Shown piece by piece: positions 13,581 through 26,268 of a stretch of DNA of 64,000 bases. The stretch is from Octopus bimaculoides (taxonomy: Eukaryota). The stretch covers positions 6,030,519 through 6,094,518 of the forward strand of contig NC_068998.1 of the NCBI RefSeq assembly GCF_001194135.2. Direction: 5' to 3'. Numbering within the stretch: position 1 is the first letter of the stretch; each line of letters opens with the position of its first letter. The position numbers and the translations under genes are program-made. Below the pieces are notes generated by a model. It made no database searches. It was given only the letters and a program-made list of their open reading frames with translations, and was not told where the DNA came from.

Positions 13581-15773
13581 GTTTGTGTGTGTATATATTG
13601 AGGAACTTAAATGCATGCCACTTGAGGGAAGTTAGATAACATGATCATGATGATATTCCAGATTGAAATTATCTCATTAAATACTATTTAATGTTTCTTT
13701 AATGGATGGATTCAAAAATTGTTCTCCACCTCCTCTCCCACTTTTCTCCTCGCTTTCTCCCTCTCTTTCACTTTGTCTGTTGTTCTTTCTACTCTCCCCC
13801 CTCTCTCTTTCCATCTTTTCTCAACCAACTCATTCACTTCTACCTTTCTTCTCTCTTCTTCTCTCCAGTAATTCATAATTCAAAGAGACATTTTTACATT
13901 TTTTTCTTTATTTTTATTTTTTAAATAATTATATAAAATTAATTTATGTAATTTAAGTACATTTAATAATTTTCTATTTTGATAGGACATATTGTTTTCA
14001 CCCCCCCCNNNNNNNNNNNNNNNNNNNNNNNNNNNNNNNNNNNNNNNNNNNNNNNNNNNNNNNNNNNNNNNNNNNNNNNNNNNNNNNNNNNNNNNNNNNN
14101 NNNNNNNNNNNNNNNNNNNNNNNNNNNNNNNNNNNNNNNNNNNNNNNNNNNNNNNNNNNNNNNNNNNNNNNNNNNNNNNNNNNNNNNNTAAACTTTGTTC
14201 ATGAAATGACTGAACAGACATTGTCTCATTCATCTTCCATTTAGACATTCTTTGCACAGTTCAAAATAATCCAACTTTCTGCTTTGAAAAGTCTCTCATG
14301 TTCTAAATCTAAGCCATGATAATTCTCGTGTCTTGTGATTTAATCAAATATTTGTTTCAATTGTGTGAATTGGGCAGGAACCAGATCAATGAGAAAATAT
14401 TTGTGAGCTTGTGGTAACTAGTAAGGGTGAGGTACATCAGGAATGTTGGTATGTCTTGGGGGTGGAATAGGGGTGGAACACATCACTGAATATAACCCAT
14501 GGCTGAGATGTCCTCAGAGTTTAAATATTCAGCCTCATGGAAATGGAATGGTCTAAAGAAGACGAAAATGTTTTGTTTGTCCCAACCATATCCATATCAG
14601 CCTTGACTTAGCAAACTAATGTGACCATCTACCCCACGTTTTTTTTTTTTAATGACACTATATCAGATTCAGCAGGATATAGTCCGTCACCTGCAGCTGT
14701 TCGGCTTGGGCAGACTTCAGGTTGGCCAGCCCTGTGGTACACCAACCTAGAGTTCTGTCCATCTGAACTTCAAATTCTCTACTTCTATCCAGCTGATACT
14801 CTTTAATTCCTCCTCTCCCTGTTGTTTTCTGCCTCACAACAGAGAACAGCCTTAAGTTAGCTCCCTTATAAATCTCCAGTGACTTCATTTGTACTAATTA
14901 GTAAACTCAGGAAAGGTTCAGGCATGTTATTAACAGGATTCATTTCCATTATTACTCCAGGTGTTATTAAGGAATACTTCTCTCCTGTCTTCAATTATTT
15001 CTCTTACCCACCTTCCGTACTTTCTTCTCCCTTTTCTCTCATTTTCTCCATTCTCTCTCTCTCTTTTCTCTTAGTACAATCTTTCTACTTGTTTTTGTTT
15101 TTTATTTCAAATCTGTGTGTGTGTGTGTGTGTGTGTNNNNNNNNNNNNNNNNNNNNNNNNNNNNNNNNNNNNNNNNNNNNNNNNNNNNNNNNNNNNNNNN
15201 NNNNNNNNNNNNNNNNNNNNNNNNNNNNNNNNNNNNNNNNNNNNNNNNNNNNNNNNNNNNNNNNNNNNNNNNNNNNNNNNNNNNNNNNNNNNNNNNNNNN
15301 NNNNNNNNNNNNNNNNNNNNNNNNNNNNNNNNNNNNNNNNNNNNNNNNNNNNNNNNNNNNNNNNNNNNNNNNNNNNNNNNNNNNNNNNNNNNNNNNNNNN
15401 NNNNNNNNNNNNNNNNNNCCTCTTATTTCTTTTGAAATGCTTCACCTGAATAATTTGTAACGATTTATTGAAATTAATATTTTATTAAAAATATTTCAGT
15501 TATTACAGTTTCATTTTATTATTTTCAGAAAGAGAAAAAAAATAAGGGAAATTTAAAAAAAAATAATTATAATAATATTTACTTTTTTTTTTAAAGCATT
15601 TATTCACATTTTTCTTTTGTTTAATGTTTAAAACCTGTAAATTGTTGTACAATAATACCTGTAATTTTTGAAGGAATTCTGTTTAAATAAAATTTTTTAA
15701 AAACTTGTCTACAATCAACAAAAAAACTGTATGTTTTATACTTATTTCTAAGTTTTTATTTTCTTTTGTTTAG

Positions 15774-15927
15774 TGTCATTACAAGATATACATCTTCGCA
15801 AACCTTACCGAAGCAATATTGCCCCTGATCAACAAGTTGTTTCAAGTTCAACCATGCCAAATGCTATGCGGATCACTTACCACCAGTGTGACAGGGCTCC
15901 AGCTTTGGAAAAACTAGACAGATTTCG
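15774..15927 (+). CDS. WASF: WAVE/SCAR (WASF) internal coding exon: WAVE homology domain / meander region
   Basis: Acceptor ttcttttgtttag|TG (phase 1) and donor CG|gtacga (phase 2). Translation (V)SLQDIHLRKPYRSNIAPDQQVVSSSTMPNAMRITYHQCDRAPALEKLDRF(R) matches the WAVE motif VSLQDI..RK.F.S....DQQV......P......Y..C..PPPL..L..YR. Confidence 0.95.
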
Positions 15928-15989
15928 GTACGAACCATTCCAGTCTTTTCTCTTTTTTTTTTTTTTTTATATGCTTTATTTGGGCAGAC

Positions 15990-16335
15990 GTGGTTGCACG
16001 ACACCTTGAGCAAGTGTCTTTATTATAGCTCCAGGCTAACCAAAGGCTTGTATGTGGACTCAGTAGATAGAAACTGAGAGAATCTCCTCATGTGTGATTG
16101 TCTCCTTACCTTGGATATCTCAGTTGATATAAACAAGCATCAATGTCATATAGTCAATGTCATTCATTTCCAATGTTCCATGAAAACATGTGCAGTCAAG
16201 GGAAAATATTACAATGCTTGGAAACGTGTAGGGGTTGCTGACAGGAAGGGCATCCAGCTATTGAAAATTTACCTCAACAAATTCTATCCAACCTATGCTG
16301 GCATGGTAAAGTGGATATTATAATGGTGATTGATT
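15990..16335 (+). mobile_element. Family B SINE, RTE-like tail
   Basis: ACACCTTGAGCAAGTGTCTT...AGAAACTGAG; GACAGGAAGGGCATCCAGC...CCAACCTATGCTGGCATGGTAAAGTGGATATTA. Confidence 0.8.
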
Positions 16336-17540
16336 GCAACAAATGCAATATTCTCAGAGTTGGTTGTTCTTAGTATCTGAAGTTATGATTAGCTCATCAG
16401 TTGGGTAGCAGTCGTAAAGCACTGGTGAGGGCATGCCTTCATCAATAATTTTAAAAGTGTAAAAGTATAGTTTTTTTTTTTTTTTTTTTTAAATTTTAAA
16501 TTTTAAATCCATGTATAACAGATTTTATTAGATGGCAAAGCAGATTAGATTGGGTTGGCTATTTTGCTTGAAGGATTTGAATGCATTTAATCTACATTTC
16601 TTGCTTTGACATTGAACTAGGATTAAACTAATTCAAGAATATGCCTCTTTACCATTTAGCTTGTATCTCTAAAACACCATTATTAATCGTTTTTCAAAAT
16701 TAAAAATAACATACTTAAAATGTGAAATTTTTGTCCCCCCCCCATCTCCGTTTGTGCATCATAATTCTTCGAAAATAGAAATAATCTACTCCTTCATTTT
16801 ATCTGGAGAAATATAGCAGCCTATAGAAACTTGGCAATTAATTCTGCTGGTTCTTTCTCTCTCTTTTTTTTTTTAAATTAAATTAATTTTTATTTTTTAT
16901 TTATTATAGTTCAATCAGGCAGTTAATTAGAATTGACACTTTGGGAGGATGGCTGATCTTTGCTGCAGAACTTTCTGCATTATAACAATCTAAGGGATTG
17001 GCTTTTAATGTTGGTAAACTTCAAGGGAAGAAAAAAAAAAAAGAAAAGAAAAAAACAAAACAAAACAAAAATATTGCGTTTAGGTTTGCTGAGAAAGTTT
17101 TTGAGTAAATGAAGCTGGTTAATGTATGCTGCAACAGTAGGATGCGATATTGAAAGAGATGGGATAAGAATGAAGGCTACCATTCCTGTGTCAGTAAGGA
17201 GTGGTTAGTGTCTTTTTCGATCATTTAACTTTGGTGATGGGGTCAAAAAATAATACTTCAGATTTTAGTTGAAATTCATGCAGCTTTGGAAGTCTGTATG
17301 AGTAGACATTGCCTAAATGTCTGTGTGATTTAGTGTCATGTCACCCCTTAACCTGCTAACATTCGGATTGTTCTGATAAATAGAATACTTATTTATTCGC
17401 ATTGTTTTGAATGAATCGTGTATTATCTCATAGCTTTGAGATTTCTGCTTTTCTGGCTCCTGTCTCGGCTATCATGTAACTAGCATCATCGTTACTTTTT
17501 AAACTTACATCATATAGTCTACATTTTCCTTTGCTGACTC

Positions 17541-17930
17541 CACTTCATTTAAGTTCTGTTTTCTCATGCTAGTACATGATTGCATGGGAAGTTGAGACAG
17601 ATCTTGTAACTGGATGCTCTTCCAGTCACCAACTCTTACCCGTTTTCATGTAAGGGGATTTTTGTATTCCAGAGGTCTTCAAAAGCATAGAGCGACTGGT
17701 CATGATGTCAACAAGGACAAGTACTGAGAATCAGCATATGCATAAACGGTTGGAGGCAGCTGGGAGGAAGGAGATGGGCTTTGTGCAGTTTCTGTGTCCC
17801 AAATTCATTTACGAGATATTAGTTGACCTAGGGCTATAGTAGAAGACATCCAAGTTGCCATATAATGGGGCTGAATCCAAAACCATGTAGTAGTTGCAAA
17901 ACAATTTTCTTGAACACCCAACCACATCTG
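17541..17930 (-). mobile_element. Family B SINE, RTE-like tail, minus strand
   Basis: ACTGGATGCTCTTCCAGTCACCAACTCTTACC (reverse-complement tail) and CAGTTTCTGTGTCCCAAATTCA...GGGCTATAGTAGAAGACA (reverse-complement central domain). Confidence 0.7.
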
Positions 17931-18689
17931 CAACTTAAAAGATTTTAAAAGGGGTTGAATGTCTGATTGTCCCTCCACCATCGCTTGACAACCAATGCTG
18001 TTGTGTTTACATCCCCATAACGTAGCAGTTTGGCAAAAGAGACCGATAGGATAAGTACTAGGCTTACAAAGAATAAGTCTCGGAGTCAATTTGTTCAACT
18101 AAAGGCATGCTCCTGTACGGCAGCAGTCAGGTGACTGAAATAAGTAAAAGAGTAAATAAGCATTACAATCCTACAAAATATTTTAAATGCTAAAGGGTTA
18201 ACTGCTCTGAGCAGCCCTAAGCACCACCATAAGATCTCTGTCCTTTCCACTCTATGCATACACAAAACAGCAACAGTACCAATAACCTCTTTGACCCTCT
18301 GCTGGTCTAGACATGTAGCATTTTTTTCCTTTTCTAGCTTGGCGATTTTGGTATAACTGGAACAATGGATTTGCTTATAGCACAGAATCAGTCAGATGGT
18401 AACCTGCATGCCATAGGTCTGTTCCATTTAAGCTCACCTGGAATTACACAACAGAAACTAGTTGGCCTACTTTCTTTTGTTGATTTCCCCAAGAAAGCCA
18501 GTGACACTGGTGTTTTCGTTGAGTCTCCTCTCTGATATACTACTATTGTTAATGTAGTAAGATTAGTAGAGCACCAAACTAACTATTTTTGCACTACTGG
18601 GTTACATTGTATTGCGTTCAATGTAAAAATCATCTAAGTACTGGAGCTGATTAGATCAACTATATCTCTTCTCTCAACCATGACCATGT

Positions 18690-19071
18690 GCTTCTGTCAG
18701 AAGCATCACCATTACTACCACCATCATTGTTTATGTCTCTTTTTCCCTCACTGGGTCACTGCCCTGAAGGTTTTACTCAAGCAAATTGGCCCCAGTTTGA
18801 TGTTGGTCCCTTTGGCCAATATTGCTGAGTTTCAGAGTTGTAAACAAAGACTGCTTGTCAAACAGAAGAAGGAACATATACAAAGACACACGCCCACGCA
18901 TTTTCATGTACAAAATACAGGGTGGGCTTCCTTACAGTTTCCACATACCAAATTCACAAGTCATTGGTTGATCTGAGGCTGTAGTGGACTCTTACCCAAG
19001 GTGCCATATGATGGAACTGAACCTGGAACCACCTGGTTACAATGTGAACTTCTTAACCACACAGCTATGCC

Positions 19072-19075
<4 letters not shown>
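18690..19075 (-). mobile_element. Family B SINE, second tail type, minus strand
   Basis: GGGCTTCCTTACAGTTTCCACATACCAAATTCACAAG...CCCAAGGTGCCA...GGAACTGAACCTGGAACCA...TTCTTAACCACACAGCTATGCCTGTG. Confidence 0.75.
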
Positions 19076-19124
<49 letters not shown>

Positions 19125-19554
19125 CCCTTTGGTGCTGCATATATATTTATCTTATTATTCATTTCATCTTAAAATTAAAAATTTTCGGATTTGGTTAATG
19201 CAAGTTTAATCGGGTGACTGTTATATTTATTGACAATATTCTAAATATATTTGCAATTCAAAATAGTCATCCTTTGCTTTCACTTTAGTCTTTAATCTTT
19301 TCTCAACTGAAGTGCATGACATACGTTTAAATGATGGGCAATTGTATATACCCACACTTCACTAGAAGACAGCTGCGGTATTTGCTCTAGCTTTTTAGAG
19401 GTCAACTTTGCCTTTGTTAAAGTAACAACCAACTGGAGTCAGTTCAGTCAGCTAACCCTAGTCTCTCTCTCCCTTGAAAAATTTATACCTTGTGTTTTAA
19501 AAACCTAAATTAGAAGGTAATATTACAAAATGATCTCTTTCTTGTTTTTTCCAG

Positions 19555-19678
19555 GGAGGATGGAAAAGATAGTATCAAATTTTATACAGATTCTCATTTC
19601 TTTGTTGATTTCTGGTATGCTGAGATGCAAAAGGATATTGAACAGAAAAAGACAGAAATTAAAGCAAGAAAAAAGAGA
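19555..19678 (+). CDS. WASF: WAVE/SCAR coding exon: end of WHD plus basic region
   Basis: Acceptor cttgttttttccag|G completes CGG (Arg) with the previous exon. EDGKDSIKFYTDSHFFVDFWYAEMQKDIEQKKTEIKARKKR corresponds to WAVE DDGK.GLKFYTDP.YFF.LW...M..D.E...K.KR. Donor AGA|gtaagt, phase 0. Confidence 0.95.
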
Positions 19679-22172
19679 GTAAGTTCTAGTTTGAGTCAAC
19701 TTTGCAAAACTTTGCTAACAAATAATAAGTTTGTCTTGTTTTTTCTCTTTTTTGTTTTCAGTATATTTTTACCATTTTCTTTTTCATTTAAAGAGGAACA
19801 TATATTTGTGATTTGCTCTGTACATTAGTCTTATAAATGTGTTAGGTGGGTGTATAGTTAATGGAAACCAAAAAAAAAAAAAACCCTTATAAATCTTCGG
19901 AAAGAACCGGAATATGAAGAATGCTAATTTGAAACACGCTAGTATTTTGCGGCAGTTTACATGCACATGCATGCACACCAATCTTCACATGCATCTGTGT
20001 ACTTTTTACTGAGACAATTTGCACATCTATTTTGTTGCCAACAATTTAGTCTTTCTAGTATTTTTTTGAATTAAATTGTGTTTAGCAACTTCATTATCCC
20101 TGACAAATTTTCATTGGGTTTTGAAACCATGTCTATCTTATTCCGTGTTACCCTGATGGTTTTCTTTCAACAAAATCCTTTATTGCTGTTTTAAGTATTG
20201 TGAAGGGTGTGGTTCACTGATGAGATCAGAATAAGACTACAACTTGTCTGGTGTTATCTCCCATAGTTGCTGCAGAGAGATTTTAGTTAATATATTTTTT
20301 TCCTTTTGGTATCGTCATTTATTTCTATGCTTAAAGTGTTAACAGTAAACTTTTTGTCTTAATTTGAACAATTTTTCTCTTCTGTTCTTTGTCATTTATA
20401 GTAAAACAAAAAAAATTTTTAAAACTCTCCAAAACTATGCAATTTGGTGTTGAATATTTTTATACACATGTTCTGTGGTTCATTTTCATTTCCTTCATAT
20501 ATATATATATATATATACACATATATATATATATATCTGTGTGTGTGTGTGTGTGTGTGGTAAAAATGGAAGTGCTATAAACAGATCAACACACTTCTCT
20601 TTGTTTCAGGCAGGTCGTATACTTGACTGCACAAAATCATGAATATGTTTCTGTTAATTTTGTTATGAACGATAGTGGATGATAAAACTGTTACTTACTC
20701 TCATTCCTAACTCCATCTTGTGTTAGTACTTTATTAACTAAAGTGGGGTTGTACTACCTTATTATACCTGCTGTTAGTTGTCCAGCTGGAAGATTACTTT
20801 TCTTAGTCTAGTACAGCAAACTACCAACCTGTATGCTTTATAGTCAAAATTGTAAAGCTGAGTGTATGTATGGTGTGTGTGTGTGTGTGTACCTATGTGG
20901 TTCTTCCAAAAAATCCTTTAATGTGAAATTTCCTTATAGTTTTAACATTTCTTAGTATTTGTTCATATGTGAACTGAAATTTTAATTTGCAATTTTAACA
21001 TCACTAGTAAAATTACTGCAGTTATGTAACAAAGGCCAAATGCAGTAATCTTTCTTAATTCTTATTTTTTTATTTTCATTATAAGAATTATTCTATTTTT
21101 TTTTTAATATAACTAAGAACAGATTTATCATCTTAAAATTGAATGAATTACTTCCCTTTGACATGAACTGCAGTTAGCAGTTTTAAGGCGAAAACTACTT
21201 TGTTAAATTAAGCTGCAAGAAAGCTCTCACTTGTAATGCGTCGAGCGAAAAAGGATTGGCCTAGCTTATTCCTTCTAAATACAGTTAAGGGGAAATCCGA
21301 GAGGGAAAGAGCTGTTATATCTTTAAATGTAAACTCCAAAAGCAGTGATACAAGATAACTATGAGTAATAAAAAATGAGAACTTGCATTTTAAATCTGTC
21401 TCTTTCGTTAGGACTTGCCTTGTAAAACAATGCTGAAGATACCCATGCTTATACAGGTATATTTGTTCCTTGAAACGTATGTGCGTGCATCACACACATT
21501 CACACACACACACAGCAAATACAATCGATTGTATTTGAAAGAAAAGATCAGATGTTAGAAGTACAACGGAAGACTTTTCTCATGTAGACATGGGTAATAT
21601 TGTATCGTTAAGATAGGATTCTAGGGGACACATGGAGAAGCCAGTTATCTATCTTCTACATGGTTGCTCTATTTGCTAGAAATAGCAGTTGTATCTCCTT
21701 GAAAACCGGTTATCAGAGTGCTAAGAAGCGACATTAGTTGCATCAATCTTTTACTTGCTGACTGCTTCTGCCTCATGGTTAAGTATTTAGAATCGGGAAG
21801 GATTTTGTAGTATAAAGATATTTCTTTTTACATTATGAATGGAATTTTACTAAATTTTCTTTCAAAACGAACCAAAAAAAAAAAATAATAGCCTCTACCA
21901 CATGATAGCTATAAACGACATATGTAAAATTACTGTTTCACATATCTGCACATACATATATGTATGTGAGTGTGTGTGTGTGTGTGCGTATATAAATATA
22001 TGCATGTAGATTCATGTACATACATGTATACTTCTATGTAAGTGTCAGTATTCATTGATGGTGAAATTTTCTGAGGTGACGGAGGTTTCGCAAATTCTAT
22101 AAGTCCCAAAGTATGCTACATTTTACTGTAAAAGACATGAGATTAATGCCTGGCTAGTTCTGCACAGGCATC

Positions 22173-22541
22173 ATATCAGATACGTGTGTGCAGAGGCTGT
22201 GTGTATAAGCTCTGACTATTATATCAGATACGTGTGTGCAGAGGCTGTGTGTATAAGCTCTGACTATTATATCAGATACGTGTGTGCAGAGGCTGTGTGT
22301 ATAAGCTCTGACTATTATATCAGATACGTGTGTGCAGAGGCTGTGTGTATAAGCTCTGACTATTATATCAGATACGTGTGTGCAGAGGCTGTGTGTATAA
22401 GCTCTGACTATTATATCAGATACGTGTGTGCAGAGGCTGTGTGTATAAGCTATGACTATTATATCAGATACGTGTGTGCAGAGGCTGTGTGTATAAGCTA
22501 TGACTATTATATCAGATACGTGTGTATAAGCGATGACTATT
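22173..22541. repeat. 48-bp minisatellite: 7 full units plus one internally deleted unit
   Basis: Unit ATATCAGATACGTGTGTGCAGAGGCTGTGTGTATAAGCTCTGACTATT x5, then x2 with C>A, then a 33-bp unit. Confidence 0.97.
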
Positions 22542-22705
22542 TTCTTATGGGTTGCAAGTTCATTTCCACTGTCAGCGTTTCATTGTTTCTTGGCAGAACA
22601 ATTGATTCTCAATGATCTCCGTTTGCACGTCCACCAGAAAGAAATAGGGGTGGGTGCCAGACGTTCCGATCACACACAGTAAAGTTGCGGACTACAAATG
22701 TAGGT

Positions 22706-22742
<37 letters not shown>

Positions 22743-24976
22743 AGTGATTGTTAGTGTACAACATGTATGCGTGAATGTGTGTGCGTATGCGAAACCCACA
22801 AAGCTTTCGAACTGTTTGCCCTGTGTAACTTATGTTTAAGTATATCCCACCCACGACACACACACACACACACACATGTGCATGCTCGCTCGCTCACACT
22901 CACACTCAACAAACACACACACACTCAACAAACACACACACACCATTTCAGTACAGAAAGGTTTTTCAGTTGTTAACATTGTATTATGGCTCTTAGTCAT
23001 CCGAGTTCACTTTCTTGTTTTCCATGACTCATTGCTTTGATCTGCCTGTATCCATGGTTCGACTCACACTGTCAGCTATGCCAGTGTTCACAGAAGCAAA
23101 GCCAGTCGTGCATGGTTATACATATGAATGTATATATATATATGTATATATATATATACAGCAGCTCCACTGTGAAATACGATGGTGTAGGATGCAGAAA
23201 ATATAAGGGCTTAGTTGTATGACTCTTAATTAGGCATTGTAAGCTCCTAATCATCAGGTCTGGTCCCTACTGCTGCTGGTACTGTCAAACAGTTTTATGG
23301 TATATAGCCTTATGAAATATTAAAAGGCATAGTAACTTTGAGATATAGTAGTTTTGCTTTTGTTTATTTGGTTTTTTTTTTTGGTTTTTGTTTCCTTATA
23401 GAATGAAGCTTGGTTATATAGCGGAGATGTATAGTGTAGCCATGCAGTATTGTATGGTGTTTGGAGCTCTTCCAATGTTTTTCTTAATTTAAATAGATGC
23501 TGTAAGCATTATGTCAGGGCTTTCAAATTACTCCAAGACTAGTTACACGAGTTCCTTTTCGTAGGAGCTTAATCCCTTTCCTCTGGCACCCACCATATGG
23601 GCATGGGAATCTAGCCAGACTATTGCTGATTATTATAATGATGATGATGATGTTGGTGATAGTACTGATGATGATGATGATGATGATGATGATGAGGGCT
23701 GGCTGAATGATTAAGGATGAAAAGTTTTACATTGATAGACTGCTCCTGATCAATTTTAAGTGAAGAAAAAAAGCCAACAAAATGTCTGGTGGTTGGAGAG
23801 TAGGTATTTGATGAATGTGGCTGCATCGGCTATTTGCTGAATCACACTGGATTATTAAATACAGCCACTTAGCCATTATCGGCAGCACCGATTTTGAGCT
23901 TCAAAGAGCAACCAAGAAATATTAACTCTGAGTGAGTCAGCATTATAGTAGGGGGTATTATAGTAGGGGTTTTCTGTCAAACAAAATTGTGGGCTTCTTT
24001 TTTGATTTGTGATTAATAATTGGAGGGACTTTAACTTTGTATTCCTAAAGACTTCGGAAAAGACATTCATATGACAATATTTTTGCTTCTTTGTAAGGCA
24101 TCATGCCTACTTTGAAAAATAAAAAAAAAAAAAATTTAAGTGGGAGAAGAGAGAAAGAGGGAGTGTGAGAGAACTAGAACAATTAGCAAATGACCTGCCC
24201 TAATGAGTGGAGTTATGTACTCCGATGATGACTACATTACACAACAACACAAGCAGGAGAGAATAAGTGGGTTATTGCGGAGAAAACCATTTATTTCTTA
24301 AGAAAGAACTGAAGCAGTCGAGGGTTTATTTGTTTTGTTTTTTTGAGAAGGAGACAGGAAGTTGTAATGATTTTAGCTTTGGCTGAGAGGGACATTTACA
24401 ACATAAGTGAAGCGAAATGGTTTCAATGGGCAATCAAGCCTATNNNNNNNNNNNNNNNNNNNNNNNNNNNNNNNNNNNNNNNNNNNNNNNNNNNNNNNNN
24501 NNNNNNNNNNNNNNNNNNNNNNNNNNNNNNNNNNNNNNNNNNNNNNNNNNNNNNNNNNNNNNNNNNNNNNNNNNNNNNNNNNNNNNNNNNNNNNNNNNNN
24601 NNNNNNNNNNNNNNNNNNNNNNNNNNNNNNNNNNNNNNNNNNNNNNNNNNNNNNNNNNNNNNNNNNNNNNNNNNNNNNNNNNNNNNNNNNNNNNNNNNNN
24701 NNNNNNNNNNNNNNNNNNNNNNNNNNNNNNNNNNNNNNNNNNNNNNNNNNNNNNNNNNNNNNNNNNNNNNNNNNNNNNNNNNNNNNNNNNNNNNNNNNNN
24801 NNNNNNNNNNNNNNNNNNNNNNNNNNNNNNNNNNNNNNNNNNNNNNNNNNNNNNGTTTCATCATGGAACTGCTTGGACAGGGTTCAGTTCCTAGTCATTG
24901 TTATTCAACTAATAATAACAGTAAGTTTCTTTTTGTGTACATTTGCCAGTATGGAAAGGTAGATGTAGAATATTGA

Positions 24977-25015
<39 letters not shown>

Positions 25016-25109
25016 CACACACAACTCTTAGTGTGTGTGTGTATGTATATATATATATATATATAAATGTATTTTCTCTTGCTAAGTCTGGGTGGGGGGG
25101 ACAACATTT

Positions 25110-25880
25110 ACGATCTTAGTAAGTCCTCTGAGAACCTGATCCTGTCAGTGTTCCATATAAATTATTGCTGATCAACATCTGCAGGAAACACGTGAGCAGG
25201 GAGAGCATTCAAGAGGAGTCATTCTACTGAGAAGGATTGGCTATGCATAGTTGTTAATGAAGGGTCATTGAAGAGGAGCAGCACTCTTTGTGATGTAGTC
25301 TGAGATATGTTGTGGATGGGCTTTCACCAGAGGAGATCCGCAGTAATAGTTAAGCCTGTTTGGAGTGACTTTGAGGTCTGCAGACTAGTGCTTCTCATGT
25401 GTAGAGGTGCAGTACAGTGGTGTTTTCTTGATAATATAAGTAGTGCAGGTTTTTGTTTATTGCTGTTAAAGAGACAAGGTTGGCATGGCTCCACTGGGTA
25501 GGGCATTCATGGTTTCCATTTATGAAATTGATGCAGGTTTTGTGTGTGGAGTCTAAGGTTCCATGGAGTTGATGCATTGGTTGGGGAAGGTTAGGGTGGA
25601 ATGAAGGTTTATATCATTTGCAGAAGAATGAGGTACTATTGGATGTGACTGTAATTAGGTTGTTGAAGCAAAGAAAGAAGAGACTGGGAGACAAACCCAA
25701 ATCCTGGGGAGCACCAGAGTTGAGATCATTGTAGGAAATGCTCTGTCAACACCTGCTGCAGTAGTGTGACCTGATAGTGAGCTACTGATCTAGTAGATGA
25801 GAAATGGATAGGGTCCATTGGTGGGGCATTTGCATGTCGTACGTGATTGAAATCTTTACTGGGGTCTGACATGTAGTGTT
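25110..25880 (-). mobile_element. Degenerate CR1-clade LINE reverse transcriptase remnant
   Basis: Minus-strand peptide fragments in order: DPSKDFNHVRH (D.SKAFD.V.H), ISSSLSGHTTAAGVD, NSGAPQDLGLSPSLFFLCFNNL (SGVPQGSVLSP.LFL.FINDL), ANDINLHS (ADD..LHS), GLTITADLLW*KP, LLNALPAHVFP. Frameshifts and stops throughout. Confidence 0.85.
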
Positions 25881-26042
25881 TGTGTTTAACTGTTCAATGG
25901 ACGTTCAAGTTGAAAATCCATCACGAGCATTTCATTGTATTTACAGGAGGCTCACTTAATTCTACATTGTCTCAGCTGCTGAAAGTCGTTGTCATCTGGG
26001 AATGTGAGCTCTGATTGAGTATCTTCCCATCCCTGAAGAGAT

Positions 26043-26268
26043 TTATCTCTTTATCATTCAGCTTTGTCTGTCAAATGTAATTATTTATTCACAATGTTTT
26101 TAATTAGTTATGCATTTATCTCGTAGTTTCAAGATTTTAGTGATGTGATTGTTTATTTTTGGAATGACTTTGTAGGGTAGGTGTGAGAGGCCAGATTTGG
26201 CTGGTGTGAACATAAAACCTGTGGAATAGTTAGGCCAGATATAGCCAGTTTAAATACTAAAGGATTAT
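26043..26268. mobile_element. MITE family F, decayed
   Basis: GTAGGGTAGGTGTGAGAGGCCAGATTTGGCTGG...GTTTAAATACTAAAGGATTA. Confidence 0.75.
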
